Shown in pieces: positions 1 through 12,808 of a DNA stretch of 64,000 nt; within the stretch, counting starts at the first letter, position 1; each line of letters starts with the position of its first letter. The stretch comes from Heterodontus francisci. Its lineage: Eukaryota. The stretch is taken from contig NW_027142279.1 of the NCBI RefSeq assembly GCF_036365525.1, positions 62,001 through 126,000 on the forward strand, in the 5' to 3' direction. Position numbers and translations under genes: made by a program. Below the pieces are notes generated by a model that searched no databases, was not told the origin of the DNA, and worked only from the letters and a program-made list of their open reading frames with translations.

Positions 1-954
1 ATCTGCTTTCAGTCACAGGATGTGGTTGTGCCTCTGATGTGCAGCATTCAGTGCCCACCACCTCACTGCCCTTGAGAAGGCGGCGATGAGCCCACCCCCA
101 TTGCTGTCTGTGCCCATCACAGCTTTTGTACGAGCGACTGTCTTGCCCGGCCAATTCAGAGGGCCCTTTAAGAATCAACCATATTGTTGTGGGACTGGAG
201 TCACCTCTTCAGCCAGACCGGATAAGGATGGCAGGTATCCCTCTCTCTGTGACAGATGAGGTTTTAGTCCAAGACAGTAGGTTAATGTTCACCGTGACTG
301 AGAGCAGCTTTTCATCAATTCCAGCTTTATCTAATGAAGGGAATAGAAATAATCTAGCATGCTGGGATTTGAATTCACATCTCCAGGATATCAGCCCAGG
401 CCCTTATATTACTAGCCCAGTAACATAACACTTTGCTACCTTACCCTTTAACCTACTGTTTTGCCTCAGCCCTAGGAGTGGAAAAATACAAATGTGTGTA
501 GGGTAAACCCACAGAACAGGCTGTTTCTCTTTCTTGCTGCATCCGTGAACATGTTGAAACATTTACAGCTGCACTCTGATAACCACACATCCTGACGGTG
601 CCTTTCCTGTCTCTGTGTCTCTCTGTACAATGCGATTCTGTTGCTGTATTGTGCTGACAAAGTCCTTCCACAACAGCATGCAAAGGAAACAGTGCAGAGG
701 AACTTACAGGTGGTTAAGGCGACAAATTGAATGAACAGGGGAGATAGGAGGAGTTGCACTAGCTGGGTTGATCTTGCAGAGAGCTAGCAAAGACTCGATG
801 GGCCGAATGGCCTCCTTCTATACTGTAACCAGTCTCTGATTCTATGATCGATTTCCTGTGGTCGGAGAATCTGAAAATATCTTTGATCAGTCAATCAAGT
901 GTGAAGGAAATGCAACACCCAACATGTTTACATTGCTTGTTCTTTATTCCCTCA

Positions 955-1830
955 GGTAGAGAAGATTAAACGGTGATCTGACTGAGGTGTTTAAAACGAT
1001 TGAATGGGTTGACAGGGTAGATAGAGATAAACTGCTTCCTCTTGTTGGGGGCGGGGTACGAGGGCAGAACAGCAGAGAAGGAGCCTGTTCGGCCCTTCGA
1101 GTCCATGCGGGCTCTCTGTACAGAAATCCAGTTTGTCCCATTCCTCAAGCAAGTTTATTTCTCTCCAAGTTCCTGTCTATTTTCATATTGAAATCATTCA
1201 TTCTCTCTGATTCCACCACCCTGGTAGGCAGTGAGTTCCAGGTCATTACACCTCACTGCGTAAACAAGATATTCCTCACCTCGCCCCTGTATCTCTTGCC
1301 CAAAACCGTACATCTGTGTCCCCGAGCCCTTGTACCCATCAGCTCATGGGAACAGCTTTTCATTGTCTACTTTACCTAAACCTCTCTTCATTTTGTACAC
1401 TTCTATCAAATCTCCCCTCAATTTCCTTTGCTCCAAGGAGAACAACCCCAGCTTCAACAACCGAATCATGCAGCTAAAATCTCTCATCCCTGGAACCATC
1501 CCAATCCATCTCCTTTACACCCTCTCAAGGACCCTACAACCTTCCTCAAGTGTAGTGACCAGAACTGGACTCAATACTCAAGTTGGGGCTGAACAAGAGC
1601 CTTATAAATGTTTCGCTCAATCTCTCTGCTTTTGAACTCTACACCTCTATTTATAAATCTCGAGATCCCATAAGCTTTGTGAACCTCTCTCTCCATATGT
1701 CCTGCCACCTTCAAAGATCTATGCACATTAACCCCCAGGTCCCTCTGTCCTTGAACACTCTTCAGGCCTGTGTCATTAAGTCTGTATTTCCTCTCTGTCT
1801 CCCTTCTGCCAAAATGAATCACCTGATAGC
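955..1830 (-). mobile_element. CR1-type LINE 3' fragments
   Basis: RDLGVNVHRSLKV...YKALVQPQLEY. Confidence 0.75.
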
Positions 1831-4695
1831 AATGTAGTTCACTGTTAACTGCCTCTGAGATGGGCTAGCAAGTCATTCAGTTCAGGGCAATTCGGCATAG
1901 GTAATGAATTCTGACCTTGTCAGTGATGTGCACATCCCTGAATATGTGCTTCTTTATATAAAATTCCTCCTTCTCCATTTTTCTTTCACTGTTTTCTGAC
2001 TTTGCTTCCCCTCTTTACTTCCTTCAGATTATCTGTTTTAGTATATCACAAGTGTTGGTCAAACCAGTCACTATGAACGAGCAGACTTGGGGAAATCCAG
2101 TTGTCTATTTTGTGTGGAATGGTTATGATTTTAATCTGTTTCAGAGTTAGTGGAATTGACTATTAGGTAGATGGGTCAAGTCACTGCTGCATTGCTCGCT
2201 CAGTCTCTCCAGAAGCAAGTGGGACTCAGGCTGCGGTGGAGCTCCATCCCCATCTCGTGGCTGTAATGTGTAACTACAGGCACCTGAGATTTGCAAAGTG
2301 CAATTGATAAAATAGGCATTATGAAGACATGCTTTGAAATTGCTCCGTCTTCCCATTTTTTATCCATTGCTTCAGCTGGTGACGCTAGTGACATCGAATT
2401 AGATAGAAATTGCAGCACAGATTCAGGCTATTCGGCCCGATGGCCCCACGTTCCAGACTAGCCTGGGGCAGATGGTGGTGTAGTTGTCATGTCACTGAGC
2501 TGGTGTACCAGAGGCGGGGGTGAATCTCCAGGGGACATGCGTTAGAATCCCACCAGGTCAGATGGTGGAATTTAAATTCAATTAATGAATAAATGCAATT
2601 ATTTCATCAGAAAATCTGCAATTGAAAACTAGTCTCAGTTAAGGTGTCCTGACACCCAGCTGGCTCACTCATGTCTTTTCGGGAAGGAAATCATCCGTCC
2701 AAACCCGCTCTGAAAACCTCAACAAACTGAGTTTCACCTCCTCAATGAACAGACCTGATTAATACAGCCCCTCCACCAGCGCAGTGAGGCTATCACAACA
2801 TGTCAGTGTGAAGCCTTCTGTTCTGAAAACTGTCTCTCACTTGATCACATGAAGTGAGCACCAGATCTCCCGTTATTCCACCTGGAAACAGGGAGCACGG
2901 GAGTGGGGGGCGGGGGGAATGTTACTTTAGACTTGGCACGATAGATGTGGGAGTTGTGCTAAAGTCACGATGGAAATTCAGGCTCTCTCCTAGTTTCCTA
3001 CAAACACCTGGGCCAATGTAATTGCAAAATAGAACCTGGAAATCTACAAACTGGCATCTGGGTGCAAATATTTCAAGTTTGGAATGATATAAATGTCACT
3101 TAATGCCCCCTAAACAATCATATTAAAGGCTCATCTACGGGATATCAAATCATTGAGGTTTTTTTTCGCATTGCCGGAATATATTGTGTGAAATAGGTGA
3201 GAAGTGAAAAATTTCAGAAGCAGCCAAGTTGACCTGTGGAGCTGCTGTGGGGAAAGCTCACTCTGTCTGAGCATGTTCTCGGCAGCGGCGACAGTGGAGT
3301 AACACTGGCACCTAGTGGCTCCAGGTGCAACTGCAAGCTCCGATTCTGCAGGCGTTTCAGTGTCAGACCCTGAACCTGTTTCAGTCATTAGTTATCTTCT
3401 CCTACTCGACTCGTTTTGGCGCTTGTGGCACAGAACTAGATGGAAGTTAGTGCACAGATCCGCGCCATTCGGCCTGACAGCTCCCTGCTTCACTCAAGCC
3501 TCAGCCAGTCAAATACATATTGAAGTGCACTGTTGTCATGTCGGTAAGGAGGCAGACAAGCTGCAAGATCAAGTGCAGCGTTATTCATAAAGAAAAGGGA
3601 GTGGGAGTAATTGGACAGGGAGGGTGAAAACCAGGGATCATAAATGTAAGGTAGTCCTTAATAAATCCAATTCGGAATTCAGGAGGAGGTTCTTTAACCC
3701 AGGGAACGTTGAGAATGTAGAATTGGCGACCAAATGGAATGGGTTGAGATCGAATAGAGACGATGCAGTTAAGGGGGGAGCTGATTAAATACATGAGTGA
3801 GAAAGGAATAGAAGAATCTGCTGATGGTGCAAGATAGAGAGAGATGGGAGGAGGTCGCTCTTTCGAACAGCCAGGCCAGGATCGTTGGGCTGAATGGCCT
3901 GGATCTATCCTGCATGATTCTATGATCCAATAAGACCCGTCAACCTGCTGCCTTGTTTCAGGGCCAAGCCAGTTTCATTTCCCCCCTTGTGCTAAACGGG
4001 AGTTAAAGGGTTAAGTTCTTCACCGCACTGAACTCCAGTCACTGTGAAAATTCTTCAAAAGACCCCGAGAGACTGAGAGACAAATGGGTTAACAGTTTTG
4101 AACAGATGCTGAAGCCGCCGTCTGGAGGCAGGTGTTCCAGTCAGAGACGGATCTGGAGAGGTGTTTCGCCTTTGCACTGTATGAATCATCAGAGACATGA
4201 TTAAAGGTTCCAAGATCAACCATTTCCTATTTGTATGGACTTGTGTCCATTAGAGTAATGAGGGTAAGGGGAGATTTGAAAGATGTGGTCAGAAGTGTCT
4301 TGATAGAGAAACTGTATCCAGATGGCTGTATCTACTGTCAGGAGGGTCGATAAACCAGGAACCAAGAATTGAAGGTAATTGGGAAAGGAACCAGAGTGGG
4401 AGATGAGTGGAATCTTTCTCCTCAGTGAATTGTTATCATGTGGAGGGCACTGACTGAAAGGGCGGTGGAAGACCATCCAATAGTAACTTCCAGATGTCAA
4501 TTGGAGAAGTAGATGAAGGGGAGATTTATTAGTGCAATGGAGAACTAGTCAGTGAATGGGAACTAGTTAGACAACTCTGTCAAAGAGCCAGTTCATTCAA
4601 CAGTAGACATAGAAACTGACAGATAGTCAGAGTGATAGAATGACAGCCCAGATAGACAGGTCTATCTCCCATAAGTGAGTTCTGCCAATGTTTAG

Positions 4696-4734
4696 AGTTT
4701 TTGCTGAACTCCGGCGCCTTTCTGAGTCACTGTG
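4696..4734 (-). other. 23-RSS of V1 (CACAGTG-23 bp-GCAAAAACT)
   Basis: Heptamer 4728-4734, nonamer 4696-4704, spacer counted as 23. Confidence 0.95.
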
Positions 4735-5348
4735 CTGACTCCAGGCACAGTAATGCACGGCTGATTGATTCGCCAACAGGCTGGAGGACTCCAGGTAAAA
4801 ATGGGTGTTGTCGGGTATCCTAGCGGTGAAACCGTCCACCTCACCGGCGGGGTTGACCGTTCCGGCGGGGTAGGAATAGAAAAGATTCTCGGGCTCACGG
4901 TCCGGATGCCACCGGTACCAGTAGAAATAGGACGTAGCAGTTGCTTCAGTGTAAATACACTGGATCCTGACTGGAGATCCTGGGGAATGGGATATGGAAG
5001 CAGGAGTCTGTTGGATCAACACGGCCCCCACTTCTGTAAAACAGAGAGGGAACGAGGGAGATAAACCCAAGGACAATGTCAATAAAGATATCAACAAGAA
5101 GAGGTAGAGGCGGGCAGACAGAGAGATAAAGAGAGAGGTGGGGACCAGTTGGAGGCAGAGATAAAGGCAGAGAGAGAGATAGAGAGAGAATGAGAGACAG
5201 AGAAAGAATTATAGAGGGAGAAGGAGAGAGACAAAGACAGACAGAGACTGAGAAGCAGAGACACATGTACATCATTGTCACCTCACAGTTCAGACACCTC
5301 CTTACCCGTTAACACCAACAACACAACCCAGAGCTGAGACAAAGACAT
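4735..5348 (-). CDS. TRBV: TCR beta V segment V1 (family A, ends CAWS): leader exon 5306-5348, V exon 4735-5033; open
   Basis: Leader MSVSQLWVVLLVLT with GT-AG phase-1 intron. V exon ...AVLIQQTPASISHSPGSPVRIQC...YFYWYRW...SAVHYCAWS has both Ig Cys and the Trp. Abuts a 23-RSS. Confidence 0.9.
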
Positions 5349-6599
5349 CTCTGGAGGGTGAAGGATCCGTGTGGTTTTATATGAAATGACTGAGCACTTT
5401 TATTGTCGAGTATCTCAAAGTTCTGGGCACTGACTGAAATTCACAGCTTCCTTCTCCATCACTTTATCATTCGGATAAGCGGGACCCAGTTTTCTTTCAT
5501 TTCCGGGGAGGGACCAATGTTAGACTCCTGGTAATCGCTTTCTGGAACTGCAGTTCTGTGTCATTGACATCTGCAGCCCGATCATTCGGAGCTCTCTCCA
5601 AATATGTGCACCTAGTACTACAGGTGTGTTCTCACCAAGACCCAATACAAGTGTAATACGACTTCCTTATTCTTGTACTCCCATCCCCCTTGCAATAAAG
5701 ACCAACATGCCTGAAATTCAACAGAAGCACTTCATTGGCTGTAGAACTCCTTGGGAAGTTCCAGATCGGCTTTCCAACTTTCTCCCCTCTTTCAGATACT
5801 GACGTTGACTATATAGAATTGCAGACAATATAGAACACAGCATCAGGTGAACGGATCTATACAGGTGTTGATGTTCCACAGATACATCCTTTCATCCCTC
5901 TTTATCTCATCTTCTCAGCATCTCCTGTCAATCCTTTCTGCCTCGTATGTCTACTAGTATCCCACTGAATACTATTTGCCTCCACCACTGCCTATGGTGG
6001 TTCGTTCCCCATTCTCACCAATCTCTGGGTAATGAAGTTTGTCCTGAATTCACGTCTGGATTTGTACTGAGTATTTTATACCTTATAGTTCTGGTCTTGG
6101 GCCTCAAGTGAAAATATCTTCTCTACGACTATCCTATCAAACCTATTAATAATATTAAAGACTTCTTATCTGGGCACCCCTCATTTCTAGAGAAGGACCC
6201 CTGCCTGTTCGATCTCTACTGTTATGTATAATTATACCGTGATCTAAATGTGGTCTAACCAATGTATGTAGACGCCAGAACTGTGCTCAGTGCTCCAGTT
6301 GTGATCTAACCAATGTATAATGAGAATGGAACAGTGCACAGTTCTCCAAATGAAGTCTAACCAAGGAATGAGGAGTCCTGAAATGTTCACAGTGCACCCA
6401 GTGTGTTTTAACCAAGGAGGTTGGAGGCCAAACATGTGCAAATTCCAATTTTGGAACCCAGGTACATGATGATAAAACTGTGGATCAGGCCCTGCTCTTT
6501 GAGTTCGTGGAAAAATTACGTGAGTTTGAGGTCAGTCTGTATGTGGTTCTTTGTCTAGACAGTGGATAACTCTGAACTGCTTTGTCCTGTCAGTCACTG

Positions 6600-7230
6600 T
6601 AAATAAATGCACCTCCACATTGACCTTACCTTGGAGAACCTACAGTCGACACCTCAAAGCACAAGAGAAGTAACACCAGAGGTGCCTCCGCATTAACCTC
6701 CAAATCCAGTGGCAAAACAGGTAGTCCAACAGCATCGTCCTCTCCCAAACCAATCTGTCTAGTGTCAGGGTTCGAGTCACCCAAAACCAGCTCCACTGGC
6801 TGGGACATGTCATTCACATTCCTGCCACCAGACTCCCCAAAGAAGCAGTTCTACTCAGAACTTAGCCGTGTCAGGAGACTCCCAGGAGGACAGCGGAAAC
6901 GTTTTAGAGATGTCCTCACAGCATCCCTGGAGAGATGAAACATCCGCATTGACTCCTGGGAGAACATGGCTCCTGAACATCCCAGTTGGAGAAAGGACAT
7001 ACGGGAAGGCATTGGACACCTCGAGGAACTTAAGGAACATGCAGAGGTAAGGCCGAGGCATCGGAGGGAGCGCACAAACCTGAAAACTACTCACCTGCCT
7101 GATCCTCAAAGCACCGCCTGCCCCTCATGCGACAGAGTCTGCAGATCATACACTGGACTCATCAGCCATCTCAGAACCCATTGAACCGGAGTGGAAGCAA
7201 GTCATCCTCAATGCAGGGGGAACTGCCTAA
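6600..7230 (+). mobile_element. RTE-clade LINE 3' fragment
   Basis: C-terminal CPSCDRVCRSYTGLISHLRTH zinc finger and preceding RT-tail motifs. Confidence 0.75.
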
Positions 7231-9303
7231 GAAGGTGAACTCTCTCCAGCTTCCGGGTTAATTTATTATTTTGCACCATTCTGCAAAAGCAAACCCGCTG
7301 TTAAAACCTCAACATACTGAGTTTCACCTCCTCAAAGAACAGACCTGATTAATACAGCACCTCCACCAGCGGTGTGAGGATATCACAACATGTCATTGTG
7401 AAGCCTTCTGTTCTGAAAACTGTCCCTCACTTGATCACATGAAGTGAGCACCAGATCTGCCGTTTTCCACCAGGAAACAGGGAACATGGGGGGCAAATGT
7501 TACTTTACACTTGGCACGATACATGTGGGAGTTGTGCTAAAGTCAGGATGGACATTCAGGCTCTCTCCTAGTTTCCTACAAACACCTGGGACTATGTAAT
7601 TGTAAAATAGAAACTGGAAATCTACAAACTGGCATCTGGCTGCAACTATTTCAAGGTTGGACTGATATTAATGTCACTTAATGACCCCAAAAGGATCAGA
7701 TTTAAAGATCATCTACCTGATATCAAATCATTGATTTGTTTGACATTGCCAGAATATTTTGTGTGAAATAGTTGAGAAGTGAAACATTTCAGAAGCAGCC
7801 AAGTTGACCTGCAGAGCTGCTGTGGGGAAAGCTCACTCTGTCTGAGCATGTTCTGGGCAGCGGCGACAGTAGAGTAACACTGGCACCTAGTGGCTCCACG
7901 TGCAACTGCAAGCACCGATTCTGCAGGCGTTTCAGTCTCAGACTCTAAAATTGTATCAGTCATTGGCTTTATTATCCTACTCGACTCCCGTTTGCGCTTG
8001 TGGCATAGAACCAGATGGAAGTTAATGCACTCTTCCGCGCCATTCGGCCCGACAGCTCTCTGCTTCACTCAATCCGCAATCAGTCAAATACATTTTGAAG
8101 TGCAGTCACTGTTGTAATGTCGGGAAGGAGGCAGACAAGCTGCAAGATCAAGTGCAGGGATATTCAGAAAGAACAGGGAGTGGGAGTAATTGGACAGGGA
8201 AGATGAAAACGAGGGATCATAAATGTAAGGTTGTCCTTAATAAATCCAATTGGGAATTCAGAAGGAGGTTCTTTAACCAAGGGAGCGGTCAGAATGTGGA
8301 ATTAGCGACCAACTGGAATGGGTTGAGGTCGAATAGAGACAATACTGTTAAGGGGGGAGCTCAATAAATACATGAGTGAGAAAGGAATAGGAGAATCTGT
8401 TGATAGGGTAGGATGAAGAGAGATGGGAGGAGGTCGCTCTTTCGAACAGCCAGGCCAGGATCGATGGGCTGAATGGCCTGGATTTGTCCTGCATGATTCT
8501 ATGATCCAATAAGATCCATCAACCTGCTGCCTTGTTTCAGGGCCAAGACAGTTTCATTTCCCCGCCCACACCTCCCCCCCCCCTCTTCCCCCACTTGTAC
8601 TAAACGGGAGCTAAAGGGTTAAGTTCTTCACCGCACTGAACTCCAGTCATTGTGAAAATTCTTCAAAAGACACCGAGAGACTGAGAGACAAGTGGGTTAA
8701 CAGTTTTGAACAGATGCTGAAGCTGCCGTCTGGAGGCAGGTGTTCCAGTCAGAGACGGATCTGGAGAGGTGTTTCGCCTTTGCACTTTATGAATCATCAG
8801 GGACATGATTAAAGGTTCCAAGATCAACCATTTCCTATTTGTATAGACTTGTGTCCATTAGAGTAATGAGGGTAAGGGGAGATTTTAAAGATGTTGTCAG
8901 AAGTGTCTTGATAGAGAAACTGTATCCAGAGGGTCGTATCTACTGTCAGGAGGGTCGATAAACCAGGGACCAAGAATTGAAGGTAATTGGGAAAGGAACC
9001 AGAGTGGGAGATGAGTGGAATCTTTCTCCTCAGTGAATTGTTATCATGTGGAGGACACTGACTGAAAGGGCGGTGGAAGACCATCCAATCGTAACTTCCA
9101 GATGTCAATTGGAGAAGTAGATGAAGGGGAGATTTCTTAATGTAATGGAGAACTGGTCAGTGAATGGGAACTGGTCAGACAACTCTGTCAAAGAGCCAGT
9201 TCATTCAACAGTAGACATAGAAACTGACAGATCGTCAGAGTGTTAGAATGACACCCCAGATAGACAGGTCTATCTCCCACAAGTGAGCTCTGACAATGTC
9301 TAG

Positions 9304-9342
9304 AGTTTTTGCTGAACTCCGGCGCCTTTCTGAATCACTGTG
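9304..9342 (-). other. 23-RSS of V2 (CACAGTG-23-GCAAAAACT)
   Basis: Heptamer 9336-9342, nonamer 9304-9312. Confidence 0.95.
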
Positions 9343-9963
9343 CTGACTCCAGGCACAGTAATACACGGCTGATTGATTCACCCACAGGCTGGAGGACTCC
9401 AGGTAAAAATGGGTGCTTTCGGGTCTCCTGGCGGTGAAACCGTCCACCTCACCTGAGGGGTTGACCGTTCCGGCGTAGCTGGAATAGAATAGGTCCTGAG
9501 GCTCACGGTCCAGATGCCATCGGTACCAGTAGAAATAGGAGCCTGCTGTTGCTTCTGTGTAAATACATTGGATCCTGACTGGAGAGCCTGGGGAATGGGA
9601 TATGGAAGCGGGAGTCTGTTGGATCAACACAGCCCCCACATCTGTAAAACAGAGAGGGAGAGAGAGAGAGAGAGAAATAGAGAGATAAACCCAGGGACAA
9701 TGTCCATATCGTTACCAACAAGAAGAGGTAGAAGTGGGCAGACAGACAGAGATAGAGAGAGAGCGGTGGGGACCAGTTAGAGGCAGAGAGGCAGAGAGAG
9801 AGAGATGAGAGACAGAGAACGAAATATGGAGGGAGAAGGAGAGAGACAAAGACAGCCAGAGACTGAGAAGCAGAGACACATGTACATCATTGTAACCTCA
9901 CAGTTCAGGCACCTCCTTACCGGTTAACACCAACAACACAACCCAGAGCTGAGACACAGCCAT
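9343..9963 (-). CDS. TRBV: TCR beta V segment V2 (family A): leader 9921-9963, V exon 9343-9641; open
   Basis: Leader MAVSQLWVVLLVLT; V exon ...IQQTPASISHSPGSPVRIQC...WYRW...SAVYYCAWS; paralog of V1. Confidence 0.92.
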
Positions 9964-11236
9964 CTCTGGAGGGTGAAGGATCCGTGTGGTTTTATATGAA
10001 ATGACTGAGCACTTGTATTGTCGAGTACCCCAAAGTTCTGGGTACTGACTGGAATTTATAGCTTCCGTCTCCATCATCTTCAACACTTGCCTATGCGGAG
10101 CCAAGCTTTCTTTCTTTGCTCATGGGCTCACCGAGGACTCGTCATTTCTGGGGAGGGACCAATGTTTGACCCTCAGCTCATCGGTTTCTGGGCCTGCAGT
10201 TCTGTTTCATGTCTTTGATAGTTGCAGAAGGGAAGGGAGCAAATGTGATTTAAACTATCTTCTGTGGTGGAGAGGTGATTAAATGAGCGGGTGTGTTGGG
10301 ATCATCAATACCTTCAATACTCCCCTGATCATAACCACATTCATCCTGACACCATCCTCACACTCATCATTACCATCTGAGGCCACATTGTCACCCTCCT
10401 CCCGACCGCCAGCATCTGTGTCAGCCTCACCCTCAGCAGCCTCATAACCATGAAAAGATGCTCACTCCACCATCATTATCAAGCTTGTTCTCTTCCAATT
10501 GTATCTGAATGTATTCAGTGATGGGATGTGTGCATTGCTGGGAGGGTCATTTCAGAAAAGCTGAGATGTTACAAGAGTAAATGTTCACTTTCTTTCTTAA
10601 ATATCCATCAGGACTCGGTAACAATGGAAATGTTAAAGGTTAGACCAGGAGTGGGGTGACAAGTTAACTATTCCATAGATGCACTTGACATGAAGTGAGG
10701 AGACCATGGATGGAATGGGAAACATTCCAATGTGTGTGGATTGAATGAGCAGTGGTGTGGTCCAGCATCGCACCCCTAACCTTCTGGATAGGGTTCTGGG
10801 ACTTTTTGGAACCTTGTGTGTTACAATGAACAGCTTCTCCCACACCTCCACATAGCTGAAATCCCTCACGCCCGGTCACCTCCTTGTAAATCTCCTTTGC
10901 ACCCTCTGCATCCTCCCAACAATGTCATGTACAGAAGTGGACGTAGCACACCGGTTGAAGCCAAAACAGGCTTTTTATAAAGGGTTGAGCATCAATTTGT
11001 TGCGTTTGTGTTGCATTCAAAATTGTGTGTGTTAATTCTGCTTAATCAGGGAAAATAGTATGAAACATGCATTTCGGTACGACATTTTTGCTCGGTGGAT
11101 TTGTTTTGACTTACCTGCAGTTTTTTGGCACTAAAGTGTCAGCCTTTTTCTTGGCTCCAGTCTGTGGAGTGGGTCCTTCTAACTCAGAGAGGACAGTTCT
11201 ACCCACTCAGGCAGCGCACGTTGAGTCTTGAGTACC

Positions 11237-11790
11237 TCACCTCCTGACTCCCCAAAGCCTGTCCACCATCTATAAGGTACAAGTCAGGAGTGTGTTGGAA
11301 TACTCTCCACTAGAGTGTGGCTCCAACAACACTGAAGAAGCTCGATACCATCCAGGACAAAACAGCCCGCTTGATTGGCACCCCATTCACAAACATTCAC
11401 CCCTCCACCACCGACGCACAGTGGCAGCAGTGTGTACTATATAGAAAATGCACTGCAGCAATGCACCAAGGCTCCTTCGACAACACCTTCCAAAACCACG
11501 ACCTCCAACACCTAGAAGGACAAGGACAGCAGATGCACGGGAACATCACCAACTGCAGGTTCTCCTTCAAGCCACATGCCATCCTGACTTGGAACTATAT
11601 CGCCGTTCCTTAGCTGTCGTTGATTCAAAATCCTGGAACTCCATTCCTAACAGGACCGTGGGTGGACCTACCCCACATGGACTGCAGTGGTTCAAGAAGG
11701 CAGCTCACCACCACCTTCTCAAGGGCAATTTGGGATGGATAGCAAATGTTGGACTGGTCAGCGATGCTCACATCTCAATAAATAATTATT
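11237..11790 (+). mobile_element. LINE RT 3' fragment (same family at 40890-41280, 43930-45035, 51540-52850 on minus)
   Basis: APTTLKKLDTIQDKTARLIG; MHCSNAPRLLRQHLP. Confidence 0.75.
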
Positions 11791-12168
11791 TTAAAACTAT
11801 AAATGAACAGAAGCTGCTTCTTTCGGCAGAAGGCAACCAGGAGACATTGATTAAATGTAACTGGCAGATGAATAAGTGGGGGGAGGGGGGAGATGTGATG
11901 ATTTGTTTAAGCAGCGAGTTGTTATGATGTGGCTAGCACTGTCTGAAAGGGTGTTGGAAGCACCTTGAACATGAACATTCAAAAGGCAATGGATTGCACA
12001 CGTGAATGGAATCAATGTGCATGGCTATGGGGAAGTAGCAGGGGGGAAGAGCATAAACTGGACAGTTCTTTCAAATAAGCCAGTACGGGGGAGATGGGCC
12101 GAATGGTCTCCTTCTGTTCTGTTATCCAAGATGATTCCATGAACTGGTTGCAGAAAATGAGCAGTCAG

Positions 12169-12750
12169 TCTACTGCTGCCCCCTGCCGGTGGAAGATGAG
12201 CACTGAGATTCAATCTACTGCTGCCCCCTGCCGGTGGAAGATGAGCACTGAGATTCAATCTACTGCTGCCCCCTGCCGGTGGAAGATGAGCACTGAGATT
12301 CAATCTACTGCTGCCCCCTGCCGGTGGAAGATGAGCACTGAGATTCAATCAACTGCTGCTCCCTGCCGGTGGAGGATGAGCACTGAGATTCAATCTGCTG
12401 CTGCCTCCTGCCGGTGGAAGTTGAGCACTGAGATTCAATCCACTGCTGCCCCCTGCAGGGGGAAGATGAGCACTGAGATTCAATCTACTGCTGCCCCCTG
12501 CCGGTGGAAGATGATAACTGAGATTCAATCTACTGCTGCCCCTCTGCCGTTGGAAGATGATAACTGAGATTCAATCTACTGCTGCCCCCTGCCGGTGGAA
12601 GATGATAACTGAGATTCAATCTACTGCTGCCCCCTGCCGGTGGAAGATGATAACTGAGATTCAATCTACTGCTGCCCCTCTGCCGTTGGAAGATGAGCAC
12701 TGAGATTCAATCTACTGCTGCCCCTCTGCCGTTGGAAGATGAGCACTGAA
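12169..12750. repeat. 45-bp minisatellite, ~13 copies, abutting the V3 RSS
   Basis: Unit tctactgctgccccctgccggtggaagatgagcactgagattcaa. Confidence 0.95.
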
Positions 12751-12769
12751 CTCCTGTTCATCCGCTGCA

Positions 12770-12808
12770 GGTTTTTGCAGCTGAGTATCCGCTTTCTCAA
12801 ACACTGTG
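12770..12808 (-). other. 23-RSS of V3 (CACAGTG-23-GCAAAAACC)
   Basis: Heptamer 12802-12808, nonamer 12770-12778. Confidence 0.95.

Larger units (their letters stand above)
2700..10210. repeat. Segmental duplication carrying V1 and V2 (~2700-5560 vs ~7290-10210, offset ~4.6 kb)
   Basis: Long near-identical flanks, e.g. the duplicated 94-aa spurious ORFs 4216-4500 and 8824-9108. Confidence 0.85.

Noticed and set aside
3131-3590. Duplicated ORFs (also 7709-8117) with GSGSDT; CTCF-like CCACTAGGTGCCAG near 3306 and 7880
   Set aside because: No Ig Trp/YxC pattern or RSS; similarity is explained by the segmental duplication; the CTCF-like site mismatches the GGC core.
4008-4046. Cryptic 23-RSS (CACAGTG-23-ACTTAACCC, minus)
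   Set aside because: Nonamer lacks the A-tract, no V/D/J coding sequence is adjacent, and the heptamer is altered in the duplicate (~8648).
12025-12567. Repetitive ORFs or a CRISPR-like array
   Set aside because: Head-to-tail minisatellite with no unique spacers, in a vertebrate genome.
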